A DNA stretch of 64,000 nucleotides from the human T2T-CHM13v2.0 reference genome, Homo sapiens: NCBI RefSeq assembly GCF_009914755.1, contig NC_060927.1; one strand, given 5' to 3'. The position numbers were made by a program, and so were the translations under genes. Below the pieces are notes generated by a model that made no database searches, was not told where the DNA came from, and was given only the letters and a program-made list of their open reading frames with translations. Each line of letters begins with the position of its first letter. Within the stretch, counting starts at the first letter, position 1. This document shows positions 13,571-27,490 of this stretch, in pieces.

Positions 13571-15399
13571 GTGAATACAGATAGAGAGTTATCTATTTCC
13601 AATATTCAGTTTATTACAAAATGCAAAATCAAGAAATTTTAGAAATTTGTGTTTGGAAGTTCAGGTAAATGGAACTGGGATAATCTATAATACTTTAGAA
13701 GTAACAGGTAGATAAGTGTGAAGCATTTTATTAATGTACACTACAAAGCAATAAACATTATTTACTGAATATAGAAAGAGCCAATTTGTAACCATTATGT
13801 TTATCTTCATTTGGATATCCCACAAGAGAAAATACCAAGATACTTTATAATCTAAATGCTCTATGAATTTGTTCTTTACAGAATTAGCTGTAAGTTCTGA
13901 AAAATTGTTTTACAATACATAGTAAAATTTTTATTCTTAAATTTAAAATTAATATTTGTATGATTTAATAAATTTATATCTTTAAAATGTTATTTATTAT
14001 TTACACAATATCTGAAAACATAAGCATTAACTCTTCCTCAGACAAAATAGTCATTCATACAATTCCTAAAGTATTCTGTCTAAAAAAATAAGACAGCTAC
14101 AGTGGACTCAATCTTCTTTTAAAAAAGGTAAAAAGAAAGTTTTATTTATTTAAAATTGTTTAAATCCATATAGTAAAATTCACATTTTGGTGTACAATTC
14201 CAAATTTTAACACCACTTCTGAAACCAGGATTTAGAATTTTATCACCCTGAGAAATTCCATGTAACATTTACAAACTCTAATTTTTACTGATTAAATTAC
14301 AAGTTATTAAGGTCTGTGTTTTTAGAATTTCCATATCTGTTGGATATTGATTTTTGCATTCAGCATATTTATTATATTTTCTGGATTTTTAAAGAACAAT
14401 ATATATATGTACATATTTCTATCCATATTATTATTCAAATCAGAAATCTAGACTAGGGACAGCAACAGTGATACCAAAAGCCTATTCTGAAGTTTATGTT
14501 GGCTCCTTAATTGGTAACTTTGGAGTGTGGCTTTTGAGATTTTTAGATGTCTTATTAGATCACAATTTTCTATTTTGGCCTAAATATATTGTGTTAGAAT
14601 GTTGTTAAATATTTCTGAAATATAAGTATTTATAACATTGCTTGAATTTATTTGTGCAGTGACCTTATAAAAATTTATCGAGTTTAGATTAGCATAATTT
14701 ATCCTGTTTTTAGATACTTACAAAGTGTCTTTATATAACAATAGTCTTACAGATTTCTGCTTGGTATTAATGTCATAATCATCAGTCTACACCCTTCCTC
14801 ATATGGGAGAACATTTACTAGTGAAATTTTCCCTTTGTTCCCATTTATTTTTTTCAATGATAAGCAATAATTTTTCTATCATTTCCAAAATTTTCCTCAG
14901 CCCTTTGCATTGCAATCCAAATAAAACTAGAAATTGTATCTCCTTTCCATTCATTGGTGATCTCACATCTTCACCAATGCAAGACTTTCATAATCTTATT
15001 CTTATAAGAATTTTTCCATAATTTCAAGAACAAAAGCATTTATCTTGACAAAGAAGAAATGTTTTTAAAAGTTGTCAAAGCATTCTAACCTCCTTCATTT
15101 ATCATTATTATTAGTTTTAGTAACATTATTCCATTTGACCTAAGCATTAAGACCTGGAGCTTACCTTTCCTTGATTCTATATCTACTGAAAACCAAAACT
15201 CAATTGTTTCTCTCTTCATAAGTTTTTGAAAACCTCAGATAATCTGAACAGTTGTTTTTCTAACATTATCCTCATAGAAATTTTATCACTCTGTTTAAAT
15301 GGGCATAGGCCATATGCCCTATTCCAGAGTTGTTTTTATTAATAAATGAATATGCATTTGCAAATTAACACACTAAAATGGAAACATAAAGGGGTAGGC

Positions 15400-15730
15400 C
15401 TACTTAGATGTTTTTTACACAAAAGTCCTGTCTTATATTTAAACTAAGAATTGAAGAATGGAATAGATACAGATAGTTGGAAGTAAAGTATCAGTCAGAA
15501 AGAATCACAATATGGGACATATCTAGAGTGGAAACAAGAGCCATATGTCCCTAGGCCACAAAAAGAGTGAACAAAGAGGTGCCCGTTACAGTTGGAAGAT
15601 ACTCAGGGACAGATTCCACAGGCTTCAGAGGCAGTGGTAAGAAATTTGCATTTTATTCTGAGAGTGACAAGATGCCATTAAAGTGTAAGAAGCAGAAATG
15701 TGACAATATCCCGTTCATATTTGGTTTATT
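15400..15730 (-). mobile_element. L2 fragment
   Basis: 'gtggtaagaaatttgcattttattctgagagtgacaagatgccattaaag' matches the antisense L2 core. Confidence 0.55.
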
Positions 15731-16068
15731 CCAAAAGATGAGATTGTTCACTTTGAAGAAACTAGAGAACTGAAGATTCTCAGCCCAGAAGAGGTATAAA
15801 ATAAAGCTCTCAAAGGACCTCGTGAAATAATAAAAAAAATAAGTATTTAGAATTTTAGAATACAATGTAGCTACAGGACACCAAATGCAGATGGTAACTG
15901 TACCAGTTAAGTAGGACTTTTCTCTTGTGCTTCTCTTCTTTGCTACTCACTCAAATTCTAGAGCTGTCGTATACAGCCTGAGAATGGGGGAAAAGGAGTG
16001 AAAGAATAAGTTGAAAAAACAGATCTCAATGTAGAAGGAAAAAATCATTGCATTAGATGAGTTTGTGC

Positions 16069-16137
16069 ATATATATTATATATTATATTATATATATATA
16101 ATATATATATGTATATATATATACACACACGCACACA
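16069..16137. repeat. Compound (TA)n/(CA)n microsatellite
   Basis: Read directly. Confidence 0.9.
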
Positions 16138-17689
16138 TTCATCTGGATACCAGAGCATGATTAAAGAAGATTGATGACAACAAATCAATCATTCTTTACT
16201 TATGTCTTACTCTTTACTTACTCCTTAGACACTATGTTTTGTATTCTGAAAGTGCAGTATGCAATCAGTCTTTTTGTAAATTGAAATTCTAGTTATTTTT
16301 TATATAATTTAAGTGGTAGCTCATTTTCTTCAAATCCTGGGTTTAGCATGTGCATAGACTGTGAGCACTGCATGAACTCCATTAGTATATAAGCCTCCTG
16401 ACATAGGTTTTGCCATTCTTGCTTACTTGCTGCATCCCCAGTGCTTTGAAGAGTGCCTTGAACATAGTACATTACTCAACATTGAATCAGCTTGAACAGA
16501 GCATGCAGAGCTGGCTTACTCCTATCAGCCTCAGGAGTCTTCAAAATAAAACTTTCTTATTGTGTGCTTGAATTCGATGATTAAAACTACAGCCCAAATC
16601 CTAAGAAGCAATTTATACAAACCCCATTCTAAAACACTTTAATACGACAGAATTATTGTAGACAAATAGAAAAAAAATCATTTATAAGGAGTTTATTCAG
16701 ATCTCCTCTGGGAAAAAGTACTATTTATGATTCTATAGAACATGCAAACCTGCAAAAGCTGCAGTCCTTCTTTTACAGATCCAAGGATTTAATTGTCTAA
16801 TGGGAGTTTTAAGACTATCCTTAACTCATTTGTGAGGATTAATTCCTACTGACTGGGGGAAAGTACTTTACCTGATTCCATACAATATACAAACATGTAC
16901 AGGTCAGTCATACTCTCAGGGATCTAATAATAGTCAAACTGGAAAGTTGTGAGCACCTCTGGCAACTTGGTAAGGTAAGTCCATTTGATTGAAGGTCCTA
17001 TGTGGGATTTAGCTCTTAAGGCAGAGAAATCCAAGAAAGACATGCTGATTAATTAACAATATCCAAAATTATAAGAGTGCAACTTGGTGACTGTCATTAA
17101 AAAATTGTTTCACTGCCTAGACTCTGGTTTGGTAAGCGTAGGGCTAGGTAAATAAAAGGAAAAAATTTTTCTATACACCTCTATAAGACTTTGGTGCTAT
17201 AAGCAACACTGCTTTGGTGTTCAACTGGAAGAATGAAGTTCTCAAGGAAGAAAACACTGCCTTTAACTTCTGCACTAAATAGAACATGGATTTTGTACAA
17301 AACTACAGCTTCAATCAATACACAGAGAAACCTAGAGTATTGGCAGAAATAACAGCAGTTAGTACAGGTTGGCAATCACTGGAAAAATTCAGCATAGTCC
17401 AGAAGAAACAAAATTAATAAAAAGATAAAAAGTTATATATGGCAGGAAACCACAGTATCTGTACCTGATGGGATGTTATATTAGAAAATGGAAGCCACAT
17501 ACGATATTTATGGAACTGCCATTGGAAAAGTCCAAAAGAGGAGATTTGAAGGGAAAAGTAACTGAAAACTTATGATAGCGAAGGAGTAAATGTTTGATGA
17601 ATGCCAAATGTATTTAGATGGAAACTTCACAAGGACTGTATGGTGGGTGGCTACAAAATTATTGAAACATATTTTAGCTAAACTGATAA

Positions 17690-19185
17690 TACATCTATCA
17701 CTTGAAATATATAATTATTCCTTCTTAATATGTCCTTTCTTCTTTGTGCCCTTATCCCATCAACCACTATATCACCCAAGCCTGAAGCCTGGTAGTCATG
17801 TTAGAATTAGCTTGTTTCTTCACTCCTCACATGGTGCTGGCAGCAAACACTGTAGATTCTACCTTCTAAAATGTCTTGGAAAATGCTTTACTTTAAGCTG
17901 TTGTCACTTCTCACATGAATTGCAATAGACTTTGGGTAATATCCCTGCTGCCAATATTTCTCTCCATCATACCCCAGTGAGATCATCATAAAAATATAAT
18001 TTTTACAACTTCAGTCCCTTTATTAAATTATTGAAGATATTTTCAACAATTTCAACATGAATTCCAAATCCTCAACATATTCTTAAAATTCTTTTTAAAC
18101 TAACATTTACCTATGACTCTTTTCTAGAATGTCTCAGCATGCATAAGTTATTGACTACTTTCTTATTTAGTAACTTACACAAGTTATTCATTTTTGTTAA
18201 GTTATAGGGCATGCTCACACCCACTCAAATATCAACTATTTTACTCATAATTATTGTTTACATTTAGCTTAAATATCTTCATTTCTAGGATGTTGTCCTC
18301 ACCGTCTTTGTAGTCCCAATATCAACAGGACACATTCAATGGCAAGTAAAAGCATTAACTATCTTTAAAAAACAAGCTGGGGTAGAATCAGAGGCTCAGA
18401 TTTTCAGAAACTTTTCTGTTTTTTGGCACAGCTTGCTTCTGCTTGATTTCACTCATGCATAAATTTGGGGACCTAAAAATGTGACCAGAACGCTATCTCT
18501 TTGGATGTCTTGTCTTTGCTGGTCTCTGGTTTTATTCTCCTCCAGTGTGAGCAACATGACTGTTGGCAAGCCTACATTCACTGGCAAACCCACACCCACA
18601 TAATTTCTATTTAGTAATCTCAGCTCTTTTCCAGTGTTCGTATCTCAATCTGAATCTCTGAGAAGACTTGTATAAGACACCATTCCACACCTAAATACAA
18701 TGGCCTTGGAGCTGAGAAACACATCTTCGCTCTGTTGGGGTATAGGCTCACTCAGAAGTGGTAGGGGAACATAGTAATGGGCAGTCTCAACAGAACCACA
18801 TGGAGTGGAGATGGAGATATCCACATAAACCAGAAGAAGATTAGACAGATTAAAACACTCATATATACATCATACATACACTCACTCACTCACACACTTG
18901 TATGCACACATGAACACACAGGCACAATTATGATACTTCAATAATCACTTTTACTTCAAAAGGTGAGGTAGTCCTATCTCCTCCATGCACTTTGTGGTAC
19001 CTTACCGAAAAATCTATCATGATGCATATTTCATTGTACCATTCAAAAAAAAAAACTTTTCAGACCTCATGGTAGGTAGTAAATTCCTCAATAATAGAGT
19101 ATTTAGTTTTTATACATGTATCACCAATAACTTGTAAATGTTGGCAAAAAATAGACATTGCACAAATGTTTGATCAGTAAGTGCC
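17690..19185 (+). mobile_element. L2 fragments split by an old MLT1-type MaLR LTR (~18330-18850)
   Basis: L2-like 'tgtagattctaccttctaaaatgtc' and 'caaatgtttgatcagtaagtg'; MLT1-like 'ttcaatggcaagtaaaag...gcttgcttctgcttgatttcactc'. Confidence 0.5.
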
Positions 19186-20354
19186 CAAATCACAGGATGT
19201 GCACTATGTTTTTCTCTTAAATTGTATTTAATAGCGATCCAACTTTCCATTTGTTTTCCTGTCATTTACTCAACAATGGAAAGGACTGATTTCGTACTTG
19301 ATAAAATATTTACTGCTTGATTTATATGTTTAAATATCAGTTATATATATAATGGTGACATTCCCCAAAGACAGGCACTCTTACAGACCCTAACACTAAA
19401 AATGTCCTTTTTATCAATTTCAGGACAAAAGCCTTGGAAAATTTGAGCACTGCCATTTAATCTACATGCTGCACTGTATATTAAAAATAGTTTTTTCTTC
19501 TCTTGTTTTTTAGTTTCTTTGTTGTACCTTTGTTGAGTAACTCTAAAAAAAGAACATGAGTCTAGCCACAGCCACATCAATTTTTCTGATTATATAGAAG
19601 AGGAAAATGTTTGTGCATTAACAATTATTATGAGTACATTTAAGTCATTATTCATTTATGGAATTGCATTAATTTCTGAATAACGTGGCACCATAGATGG
19701 ATGTTTCAAGAAAGGCAATGCAGTGTCTCTGTCTCCTGGATTCATTTAGTTCCTCAATCTGTCATTCACTGTGGCCATCCACAGACACTTCTCAAGCTGA
19801 AAAAACTCATTACATTATCAGTCAGATGACTGGATGAGATTTTAAAAAACAAATACAACAGTAATTTTAGTTAGCTCAAAGTATTAAAATTCCAAGGCCA
19901 AAATAATTTTTCCAGTTATGTGAGACTATTAGCTATGGAAATTCTAAAACATCATTGAATTAATTTATTTTAAACAATAGATAATGCTAAGTTTTTTTCT
20001 ATTGAAAACAAATTCTGCATTTTCACCATTTGAATGTGCCATTTATTTTAATGAAGACAGTCTTAACACCAATATAAACTTTTCTTCAGAATATCAGGAG
20101 GTTTATTATCTGGGAAATAAGAATGCCTAAAAATCTTTAATGCATTTATTGCCTTATCACTCATGCATCCATTTGTATAATGTGTATTTATTGGGTATAA
20201 ACACGAACTAAACTATACTGTTAGATGTTGAGGTATTTAGTTGATACGAAATTAAAAATCTATGGAGTATGTGTTATTAGTCACTTGTATTACTGTTCAT
20301 TTTCTTATCATTATAGCAAAATAGTATGTATCCATTGATAAATTTAATTGGTAG

Positions 20355-20540
20355 ATCAGTGATATGGATTGGTTAAGGGCAAAACTCTGGAGCCAAATAG
20401 TTTGTAGCCAAAATGCAATGTTATTTTACTATTATTTATGTACAAGACACTGAAACCTTCCGTGCCTCAATTTACTCATTTGTCAAACTGGAGTGATAAT
20501 GTTTATATCTCATAGGATTATTGTGAAAATTAAGTTTTAA
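20355..20540 (+). mobile_element. MIR SINE
   Basis: 'ggttaagggcaaaactctggagcca', core 'gtgcctcaatttactcatttgtcaaactggagtgataatg...cataggattattgtgaaaattaa'. Confidence 0.8.
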
Positions 20541-20674
20541 CAACTACTGATAGTTTTTTATTACTAGACATGATAAAAATACAAGATGTACATTATCTAC
20601 TGATGATGAAATAGGAAAATGTGGAACATTCATTGCTTCTAAATATCTGTGCATTTACAGTCTAATACAAAAAT

Positions 20675-21005
20675 CAATTACCAGAGACTGGGAAGGGCAA
20701 GGGGGAGTGGAAGATGGGAGAAGTTTGTCAATGAGTATAAAATTATGGTTAGGAGACATAAGTTCTAGTTTCCCATCAAACAGTAGGATGACTATAGTTA
20801 GCAATAATATACTATACATTCCAAAATAGCTAGAATAGAGGATTTTCAATGCTCTTACAACAAAGAAATGATACATGTTTAAGGTAATAGATATGCAAAT
20901 TATCCTGATTTGATCATTACACATTGTAAATACATGAATCAAAACATTATACTGTACTCCATAAACATATGCAATTATTATGTGCCAATTAAAAACAAAA
21001 CAAAA
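20675..21005 (+). mobile_element. L1MA 3' end
   Basis: 'ttaccagagactgggaagg...aaaatagctagaatagagga...ttatcctgatttgatcattacacattgta...caattaaaaacaaaa'. Confidence 0.85.
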
Positions 21006-22444
21006 CTTAAAACATACTTAACTCATTTAATATAAAGTTATTTAACAAAGTAGATGGTTGCCATGGTCTCATTTTAATAAATAATTGGAAAACAAATTAG
21101 GATAACTTGAAACTAAAAATATAACATTTTAAAAAAATAGTTATCCAGTAAAATTAAAAACTTTAATTTTAAAATATAATTAAAATATTACTAATCTTAT
21201 TTTAAGTTTTCAGGATCAAGGTGCTTGGTATTTCTTTAAACTGCATTTGCTTTTCCTTATTGTAGCCACAGGTTTAAATCTTTATGTCATTGGTATTTGA
21301 CTTTCTTTGGGAATGCTGGTTTGAGATTAAGATGTTGTTAAGCTACAACATTGACCAGTCAGTGTTTGTGAACTTTGAGGGAAAATATACACTGAGGAAA
21401 AAGCAAGACAAACAATCTATAGAACTATAAAGTTATGTTGGCCTATTTAAAAAACACCTATTTATTGGGGGATAATTGATATGTAAAAATCTATATGTAT
21501 TAATATTTAATCTTGATGAGTTTGAAGATAAGTATATACTTGTTGAAATCATCGAGATCATAAACATATTCATCTCCTCCCACAATTTCCTCCCAACCCT
21601 TTTATTTTTATTATTTAGTTGTTTTCTTTCTAAAAACACAAAAGACCTACTCTCTTAGAGATTTTAAGTATACAATACAGTATTGTTAATTGTAGACACT
21701 CTGCTGTAGAGTAGACTTCTTGGACTTATTTATCTTGCATAACTGAAACCTTGTATCCTTTAACTATCACTTCTCCATTCCTCAACCCCTATTTATCCCC
21801 CAATTCATGTCAATCACCATTCTACTCTTTGTGTTTATGACTAGACTATTTTAGAGTCCACACATAAGTAAGACCATGTAGCATTTGTCTTTCTGTATCT
21901 GGTTTATTTTACTTACCACACTGTCCTCCAGGCCCATCTATGTTTCCATGTTGTCTCAAGTGACAGAATTTTCTTCCTTATTTGACTAAATAATATTCCA
22001 TTGGATAAAGAAAATACATATGTATGTATATATACACATATACATGACACATAATTTACTAAATAAACTATCCTGTTTTCACTTTGTATTCTTAGAGCCC
22101 TTGTCAAAGATTAATTGGCCTGATATGCATATATTTATTTTGGGGACCTCTATTCTGTTTCACTGGGTTAATTGTCTACCTTTTATGTCGGTACCATATA
22201 GTTTTGATTACTATTGTTTTGTGACACAATTTGAAATCAGAATGTGTGATGCCTCTAGCTTTGTTCCTCTTGCTCAAAATTGTTTGTTATTAGGGATCTT
22301 TTGAGGTTCTATATGAAGTTTAAGATTTTTTTCTATTTCTGAGAAAAATACCATTAGAACTTTGATAGGTATTCCACTGAATAATTATTAATATTAATTC
22401 TTCCAATTCATGAACATGGAATATTTTTCCATTTATTTCTAATA

Positions 22445-22891
22445 TGAAGCTGACCCAGTAGTCCTATAGACAGGTTTTTTTGGATACACATAGAAATTGA
22501 TCCTTGTGGTCTTAAAGCTTGAAATTTACATAAATTTTATCTGAGTTTCTCTCTCAGTAAAGGATCCTCAGGCCTCTCAAAATGTATCAAAGAACTGAAA
22601 CTCACCAGATCATCATATTCAGACAATGAGGGGCCAAGCACCATCATTCATCCTGATTGCAACCTTCTGCCTCCCAAATTCCTGTTTTCCTACACATTGT
22701 TACATTTCTTCCGGGTATATGAACCTCTAATTTTAGGCAATCAGAGAGACAAATTTGAGACTGATCGCCATCTCCTTTGCTGCAACACCCAATAAAAGGT
22801 TTCTTTCTTGGCACTATTTGTTGTCTCAGTGATTGGCTTTCTGTGCAGCATTTAGCAGGACCTAGAACAAACATCTGGTGTTTCATTAACA
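22445..22891 (+). mobile_element. MER39-like ERV1 solo LTR nested in L1MA
   Basis: TG...CA termini, 'catagaaattgatccttgtggtcttaaagcttgaaa', AATAAA near 22791, 4-bp TSD aata/tata. Confidence 0.8.
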
Positions 22892-23033
22892 TATATTTTA
22901 ATATGTTTTATCAATGTTTTATAGTTTTCAATGTATAGGTCTTACATATTTAAATTTATTCCCAAGTATTTTATTCTTATTGATTTTATTATAAATATAA
23001 TTTTTTCTCAAATTATTTTTAAGATAGTTCATG

Positions 23034-23638
23034 TTTTTTTTAATTATACTTTAAGTTTTAGAGTACATGTGCATAATGTGCAGGTTTGTTACATATGTAT
23101 ACATGTGCCATGTTGGTGTGCTGCACCCATTAACTTGTCATTTACATTAGGTATATCTCCTAATGCTAGCCCTCCTCCCTTCCCCCACCCCACATCAGGC
23201 CCCAGGGTATGATGTTCCCCTTCCTGTGTCCACGTGTTCTCATTGTTCAGTTCCCACCTATGAGTGAGAACATGTGGTGTTTGATTTTTCGTCCTTGGGA
23301 TAGTTGGCTGAGAATGATGGTTTCCAGCTTCATCCATGTCCCTAAGAAGGACATGAACTCATCATTTTTTATGACTGCATAGTATTCCATGGTGTATATA
23401 TGCCACATTTTCTTAATCCAGTCTATCATTGTTGGACATTTGGGTTGGTTCCAAGTCTTTGCTATTGTGAATAGTGCCACAATAAACATACGTGTGCATG
23501 TGTCTTTATAGCAGCATGATTTATACTCCTTTGGGTATATACCCACCAATGGGATGGCTGGGTCAAATGGTATTTCCAGTTCTAGATCCCTGAGGAATCG
23601 CCACACTGACTTCCACAATGGTTGAACTAGTTTACAGT
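23034..23638 (-). mobile_element. 5'-truncated young L1PA (PA3-PA5) 3' end nested in L1MA
   Basis: ORF 23247-23618 is the ORF2p C-terminus (WKSVWRFLRDLELEIPFDPAIP...SLIGGN); canonical 3'UTR; host L1MA resumes at 'ttagtatatagaaa'. Confidence 0.95.
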
Positions 23639-25949
23639 TTTAGTATATAGAAACAATTTTTAATTATTGATATTATATCCTGCAACTTCACTGACTTAGA
23701 TAATCAGCTCTAACAGTATTTTGGTGTTATATTTAAGTTTTTCTACACATACCATGTCATCTGCAAACAAAGACAATTTTACTTCTTGTCTGATTTGGAT
23801 GCCTTTTCTTCTTTCTTGTTGAATTGCTCTGGCTAGGCCTTTCAGGACTATGCTGAATAGAAGTGGTGAGGGTAGGCATCCTTGCCTTGTTCCTGATCTT
23901 AGACAAAAAGTTGAAAGCTTTTCATGTTTGAATATAATGTTCACCATGAGATTGTCATATATGGTATTTATTGTTGAGGTATGTTTATTCTATTCCTAAA
24001 TTTTAAGTGCTTTTACCACAAAGGAATATTGAACTTTGTCAAATGCTTTTTTTTTTTTTTTTTTTTGCATCGATTGAGATGTTCAGGTCATTTTTATCCT
24101 TTATTCTGTTAAAGGGGTTTATCATATTAATTTTTTGATGTCAAACCATCCTTGTATCCCAGGGATAAATCTCACTTGATCATGGTGTATGAGCCTTTCA
24201 TGTGCTGTAGAATTTGGTTTGCTTATTGTGTTGAAGACTTTTACATCTTTTTATCAGGAATATTGGCTTGTAGTTTTCTTTCCTGTACTATCCTTGTCTG
24301 GTTTGGTATCCGAGTAATACTGGATTGTTAGAATGAGTTTAGAAGTGGTCCTCTTCTTCAGTTTTGGAAGAATTTGATAAGAATTGGTGCTAATTATTCT
24401 CTAAATGTTTGGTCAAATTCATTGGTAAATCCATGTGGCCAGGGACTTTTCTTTCTGGGGAGATTTTTGATTACTAATTTAGTGTTCTTACTCATTATTG
24501 GTCCACTTAAATTTTTTATTTCATCATAGTTGCTTTGGGAAAATTGTATGTTTGTGGGAATGTATGAATTTCTTCTAAAATATCCAATTTGTTGACATAT
24601 AATTTTTCTTAGTAGTCTCTTTTGAGTCTATATATTTTGTGGTATCAGTTCTAAAGTCTTGTCTTTCACTTACAATTTATTTGAGTCTTCTTAATTTTTT
24701 TTAGTCTAGCTAAATGTTTGTCAATTTTGTTCATCTTTTCAAAGAAAAACTGTTTTCTATTGTTTTGTTATTCTTTTCGATTGTTTTTCTAATCTGTTTC
24801 AATACGTTTCTGCTCTAATCTTTACTTTCTTCCTTCTGCTAACTTTGGGCTTAGTTTGTTTTTCCTTTTCTAGTTCCTTGCAAAAGAACCTAAAATTAGG
24901 TTGTTTTTTTGAGACATGTGTTTTTCCTTAATGTAGATATTTATTGCTATATAATTTCCTCTTGGAACTACTTTTGTTGCATTCTACAAGTTTTGATGTG
25001 TTGTGTTTCCATTTTTATTGGTTCAAGGTAATTTTTAATTTATATTTTGATTCCTCTTTTGTCCCATTGATTGTTCAGGAATGCATTGTTTCATTTCCAC
25101 ATATTTGTGTTTTCTAGTTTTCCCCCTATTATTGATTTCTAGTTTCATACTATTGCAATTGGAAAAGATAGTTGATATTATTTTAGTCTTCTTAAATGTT
25201 TTAAAACTTGTGTTGTGGTCCAAAAGATAAGCTGTCCTGGAGAATGTCTCATCTGCTCTCAAGAAGAATGTGTGTCCTGCTGCTGTTGGATAAAATGTTC
25301 TAAGTATATCTATTAGGTTCATTGGGCTTAGAATGTTATCTGTTCTGTTATTTTCCTATAGGTTTCCTGTCTGGATGATTTATCCATTGTTAAAATTGGA
25401 GTATTGAAGCCTGTGTTATTGAATTGCTGTATTATTGAATTGTAGTCCCTTCAATTCTGTTAATATTTGCTTTATATATTTAGAAGCTCTACTGTTGGGT
25501 GCATATATTTATAATTATTATATCCACTTGAAAAATTTGTTCCTTTGCCATTATATTATGACTTTTTTGTTTCTTTTTATAATTTTAACTAACAGTATAT
25601 TTTGTCTAAGTACAGGCACTCCAGCTTTTTTTTTTTTTTTTTTTGGTTACAGCATGAAATAGCTTTTTCAGTTCCTTCACTTTCACTCTGTGTGTTTCCT
25701 TAAAGTTAAAGGTTTTTTGTTTGTTTCCTTGCTTATTTGTTTTTTTTTGTTTGTTTTTGTAGGCAACATATAATAGAATCTTTTTTTAAATTCCTTCAAC
25801 CACTCTATATCTTTTGGTTAGAAAATTTAAGGCATTTGCATTTAAAATAATGATTGATAAGTAAATATTTACTATTGCCATTTTAATTGTTCTGTGTTTT
25901 GTAGTTTGTGTTATTTATGGAAAACTGTTTTTATCTAATTTGGAGAAAC

Positions 25950-27490
25950 TCATGTACTGAAAAACTATAAACAGATTATATAGGTAGGCTAAATAATACA
26001 GAAATTGGCTCTTGATTTTATTCAAAGAGATTGGGAAGCAAGATGTTACAGATATTCAGGAGGCTAGGTTGCTATAGATAGCATTTGACAAAAAGAAAAG
26101 GGCTCAAAAATAATTGAAATAAATAATAAAAATTAAAATGGCAAAATATTTAGGGATATTAAAAATTAGAGAAATACGGCAGGTTAAAAAGTAGAAGTGA
26201 TATTTCTGTCCATCCAGGAAGAGACAAAACTGAGATGTTTCAGCAGGAAAGGTATATCTAATTCACTGCAAAGATGTCTGAGTCAAAAGTTGGTGCCCTG
26301 TAGATTTTCTCAATTACACAGTGAGGTTTAAGGAAAAAGAGACTGAAGATATAGCTCTTCCATTGAAGCCTAATAGACTCAAGTTACTTTCAATTAAGTC
26401 TAGAGAGAGAGAGAATTTTGTCTCAAAACTTTATGAGTGTGGCTAATGACACTTGGAGATGACACAATCTAATTCATTAGAATTTTACTATTTTCGAGAG
26501 GTATACTGTTAAAGAGCATGCATACTGGACTGACAGGGACTGTAAATGTTCAGGAATTAAAATAAATCTTTGGCCCCAACCATCAATGGATAGGAAGCAA
26601 GTTGAGAAAAGAGTGTCATTTTTATGAAATGCCTATGTTTTTATAGAATCCTCACAGGTGGCCAAGCAATATATTGGGAATAGAAAGGCCTGCTTGAAAG
26701 AACAGCTAAGAATAAAAAGCAATGGGCAAGGAACAATCTCATAGAGAGAAAAATGGAATATTACAAAAGAATATTTTCAACCCCCAGGCAAGGAGACCCT
26801 TACTGTTTCTGCCCAAGAGATTTTACAATTGCTATGAACCAGTGACAACTGTGTGTCTTCTTTTCTTTCTTTTTTCAAAAAGGAGTATTTAGGGTCATTT
26901 ATCCTATCTCTCTCCAACTTTCGCTTTTAAATATATAAGTGTCAGAGTATGAGTGGAAATAAATTTTCTTTTTGTTTTCAGTCTTCCAGAACAAGAGGAG
27001 AACATATACATTCTCATACTTGATTTGAAAAATTACAAAGTCCTGGAGCTTGGTAGAGCCTTTGGATGAAATGTTTAGGTTGTCTTATTTGGTATCTGTT
27101 TCATGTGAGAGGGTGATGGAAGTAAAAATTTAAGAGAAGGAGAATATGTTGTGATTGATTATTTTATTGTTCAAAAGTATTTGCTTCCCAATTCCAAAGG
27201 AGGATTATACATTCCCACCCTTTAATAACAGGCTAGGACATAAAAAGAAAAAGTAAGTAGGTATGACCTGTATTACTTCAATGCATAAATGATAAAGTCA
27301 TCATATAATTTGGCATATTGTCTTGTTTCCCAAGATTCACAATGTTTAAGAGACAGTTGCTGTTATAGCCTGAGTTCTGGTGTAAAGATGATGTGAGATG
27401 AGTGAACATAATTGAATAACATAAACCACTGTAGAATTTTGTATTGTTTGTTAAGACAACATAATTTAATCTCAGCTAACTCATACTCAG
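25950..27490 (+). mobile_element. Ancient MLT1 MaLR: LTR end, internal region, and 3' LTR (~27147-27490)
   Basis: 'ctaaataataca|gaaattgg' LTR/internal junction, purine tract before 'tgttgtgattgattatt', LTR end 'ttgtttgttaagacaacataat...ctaactcatac'. Confidence 0.55.

Larger units (their letters stand above)
21455..25910 (-). mobile_element. Long L1MA (L1MA8/9-like) ORF2 and 3'UTR, with an internal deletion near 22050 and two nested insertions
   Basis: Antisense ORF2 peptides at 23696-23947 (GTRQGC...[11 protein letters not shown]) and 25035-25322 (endonuclease-like DILRTFYPT...SRTAYLLDH); L1MA-type 3'UTR at 21455-22010. Confidence 0.88.

Noticed and set aside
16900-17450. Possible L3/CR1 remnant
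   Set aside because: Only patchy resemblance ('cctagagtattgg', 'agtccagaagaaac'); too weak to call without a profile search.
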